From an uncultured archaeon (GTDB lineage Archaea; Thermoproteota; Nitrososphaeria; Nitrososphaerales; Gagatemarchaeaceae), in the NCBI GenBank assembly GCA_963799775.1, contig CAWCYD010000003.1:1-64000 (forward strand): a DNA stretch of 64,000 nt, read 5' to 3'. The notes beneath the pieces are model-generated. The model made no database searches and was not told the DNA's origin. It saw only the letters and a program-made list of their open reading frames with translations. A program made the translations under genes and the position numbers. This document shows, in pieces, positions 63,008 through 64,000 of this stretch; within the stretch, counting starts at the first letter, position 1, and every line of letters begins with the position of its first letter.

Positions 63008-64000
63008 ATGGCCGCCGGCTCCACCTCCCACCCGCGCACTCCGCCGTCGGAGTTGAACGAGGTTCGAACCGGAGCGCCATCGCCTCTCGGTGCCCGCCCG
63101 CTCAAAGGAGGGGTAAACTTCGCGCTCTTCAGCAAGCATTCGACGAAGGTACGCCTTGAGCTCTTCGACCGTTCCGAAGACACCGAGGCCGCGTGGGCGA
63201 TCAATCTGGACCCAATGCGGAATCGCACCGGAGACGTATGGCACGTGTGGGTCGGAGGTCTCGGTCACGGTCAACTCTACGCCTATCGAGTCGATGGACC
63301 GTACCAGCCTAAGGAGGGACATCGATTCAACGTCAACAGACTTCTCCTCGATCCCATGGCGCTCGCCGTCTCTCCCAGACCTTCCTTGGATTTCGCCTCG
63401 GCGAGGGGTTACGACCCTTCCGAGGAGAGAGATCTGGAGAGATCGAACCAGGACGATTCAGCCTATGTGCGAAAATGCATCACCTCAGACGACCGATTCG
63501 ACTGGGGCGAGGACGAGCGACCGCACCATCGACTGTCGGAGACGGTGGTCTACGAGGTCCATGTCAGAGGATTCACCGCCCATTCGAGCTCTGGAGTGGC
63601 CCATCCAGGCAGTTACAGAGGACTGACGGAAAAGATCCCCTACCTGAAGACCCTGGGAGTCACCGCGGTGGAGCTTCTCCCAGTGCAGGAATTCAACGAG
63701 ACCTCTGTCACCCACAGGAAAGGCTTGGCGTGGACGGGGCGCCCCGTGAGGGATTACTGGGGATATAATCCCCTGGCACTGCTCGCGCCAAAGGCGTCCT
63801 ACTCCAGCGACGGAGGGCTCGGCGGCCAGGTGAGGGAGTTCAAGGAGATGGTCAGGGAGTTCCACGGCGCTGGAATGGAGGTCATCCTAGACCTCGTCTT
63901 GAATCACAGCGGAGAGGGCGACGAGCTCGGCCCGACCCTCAGCTTCCGAGGGGTGGACAACGCCTCTTATTACATCCTGCAGGAAGATGGCCGGTACTAC
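63008..64000 (+). CDS. glgX: Glycogen debranching enzyme (GH13), runs off the window end
   Basis: PLGA..GGVNFALFS, GDVWH, YAYRVDGP, YEVHVRGFT, VELLPV, YWGYNP and DLVLNHSGEG. Absent from the ORF track because there is no stop codon in the window. Confidence 0.95.
   Translation, partial: MAAGSTSHPRTPPSELNEVRTGAPSPLGARPLKGGVNFALFSKHSTKVRLELFDRSEDTEAAWAINLDPMRNRTGDVWHVWVGGLGHGQLYAYRVDGPYQPKEGHRFNVNRLLLDPMALAVSPRPSLDFASARGYDPSEERDLERSNQDDSAYVRKCITSDDRFDWGEDERPHHRLSETVVYEVHVRGFTAHSSSGVAHPGSYRGLTEKIPYLKTLGVTAVELLPVQEFNETSVTHRKGLAWTGRPVRDYWGYNPLALLAPKASYSSDGGLGGQVREFKEMVREFHGAGMEVILDLVLNHSGEGDELGPTLSFRGVDNASYYILQEDGRYY

Overview
High-GC archaeal DNA, most consistent with Nitrososphaerota (Thaumarchaeota)-like archaea, based on gene families, a BHB-intron tRNA and archaeal-type integrases. 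Many genes carry 1-nt frameshifts that look like long-read consensus errors. The first ~0.88 kb is AT-rich and probably foreign or chimeric. Contents in order: (i) an integrase-bearing island next to a two-intron tRNA-Leu; (ii) housekeeping genes (polX, Xaa-Pro peptidase, proline dehydrogenase, tatA, pyrC, pyrD); (iii) a solo tnpB element; (iv) a ~14-kb nitrogen-catabolic cluster with two DUF1116 paralogs, DUF2877, FdrA, carbamate kinase, an amidase, a biuret-hydrolase-like enzyme and a BMP-type ABC transporter; (v) an IS630 element whose 24-bp terminal inverted repeats enclose two cargo genes; (vi) a tRNA-Arg island with repeated att-like copies, an integrase and a highly structured non-coding segment; (vii) nuoABCD with a LAGLIDADG intein in nuoB at an Fe-S ligand Cys; (viii) a free-standing LAGLIDADG gene; and (ix) malQ-glgP-glgX. 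No CRISPR array or rRNA was seen. All family assignments come from motif recognition by eye, not from database searches.
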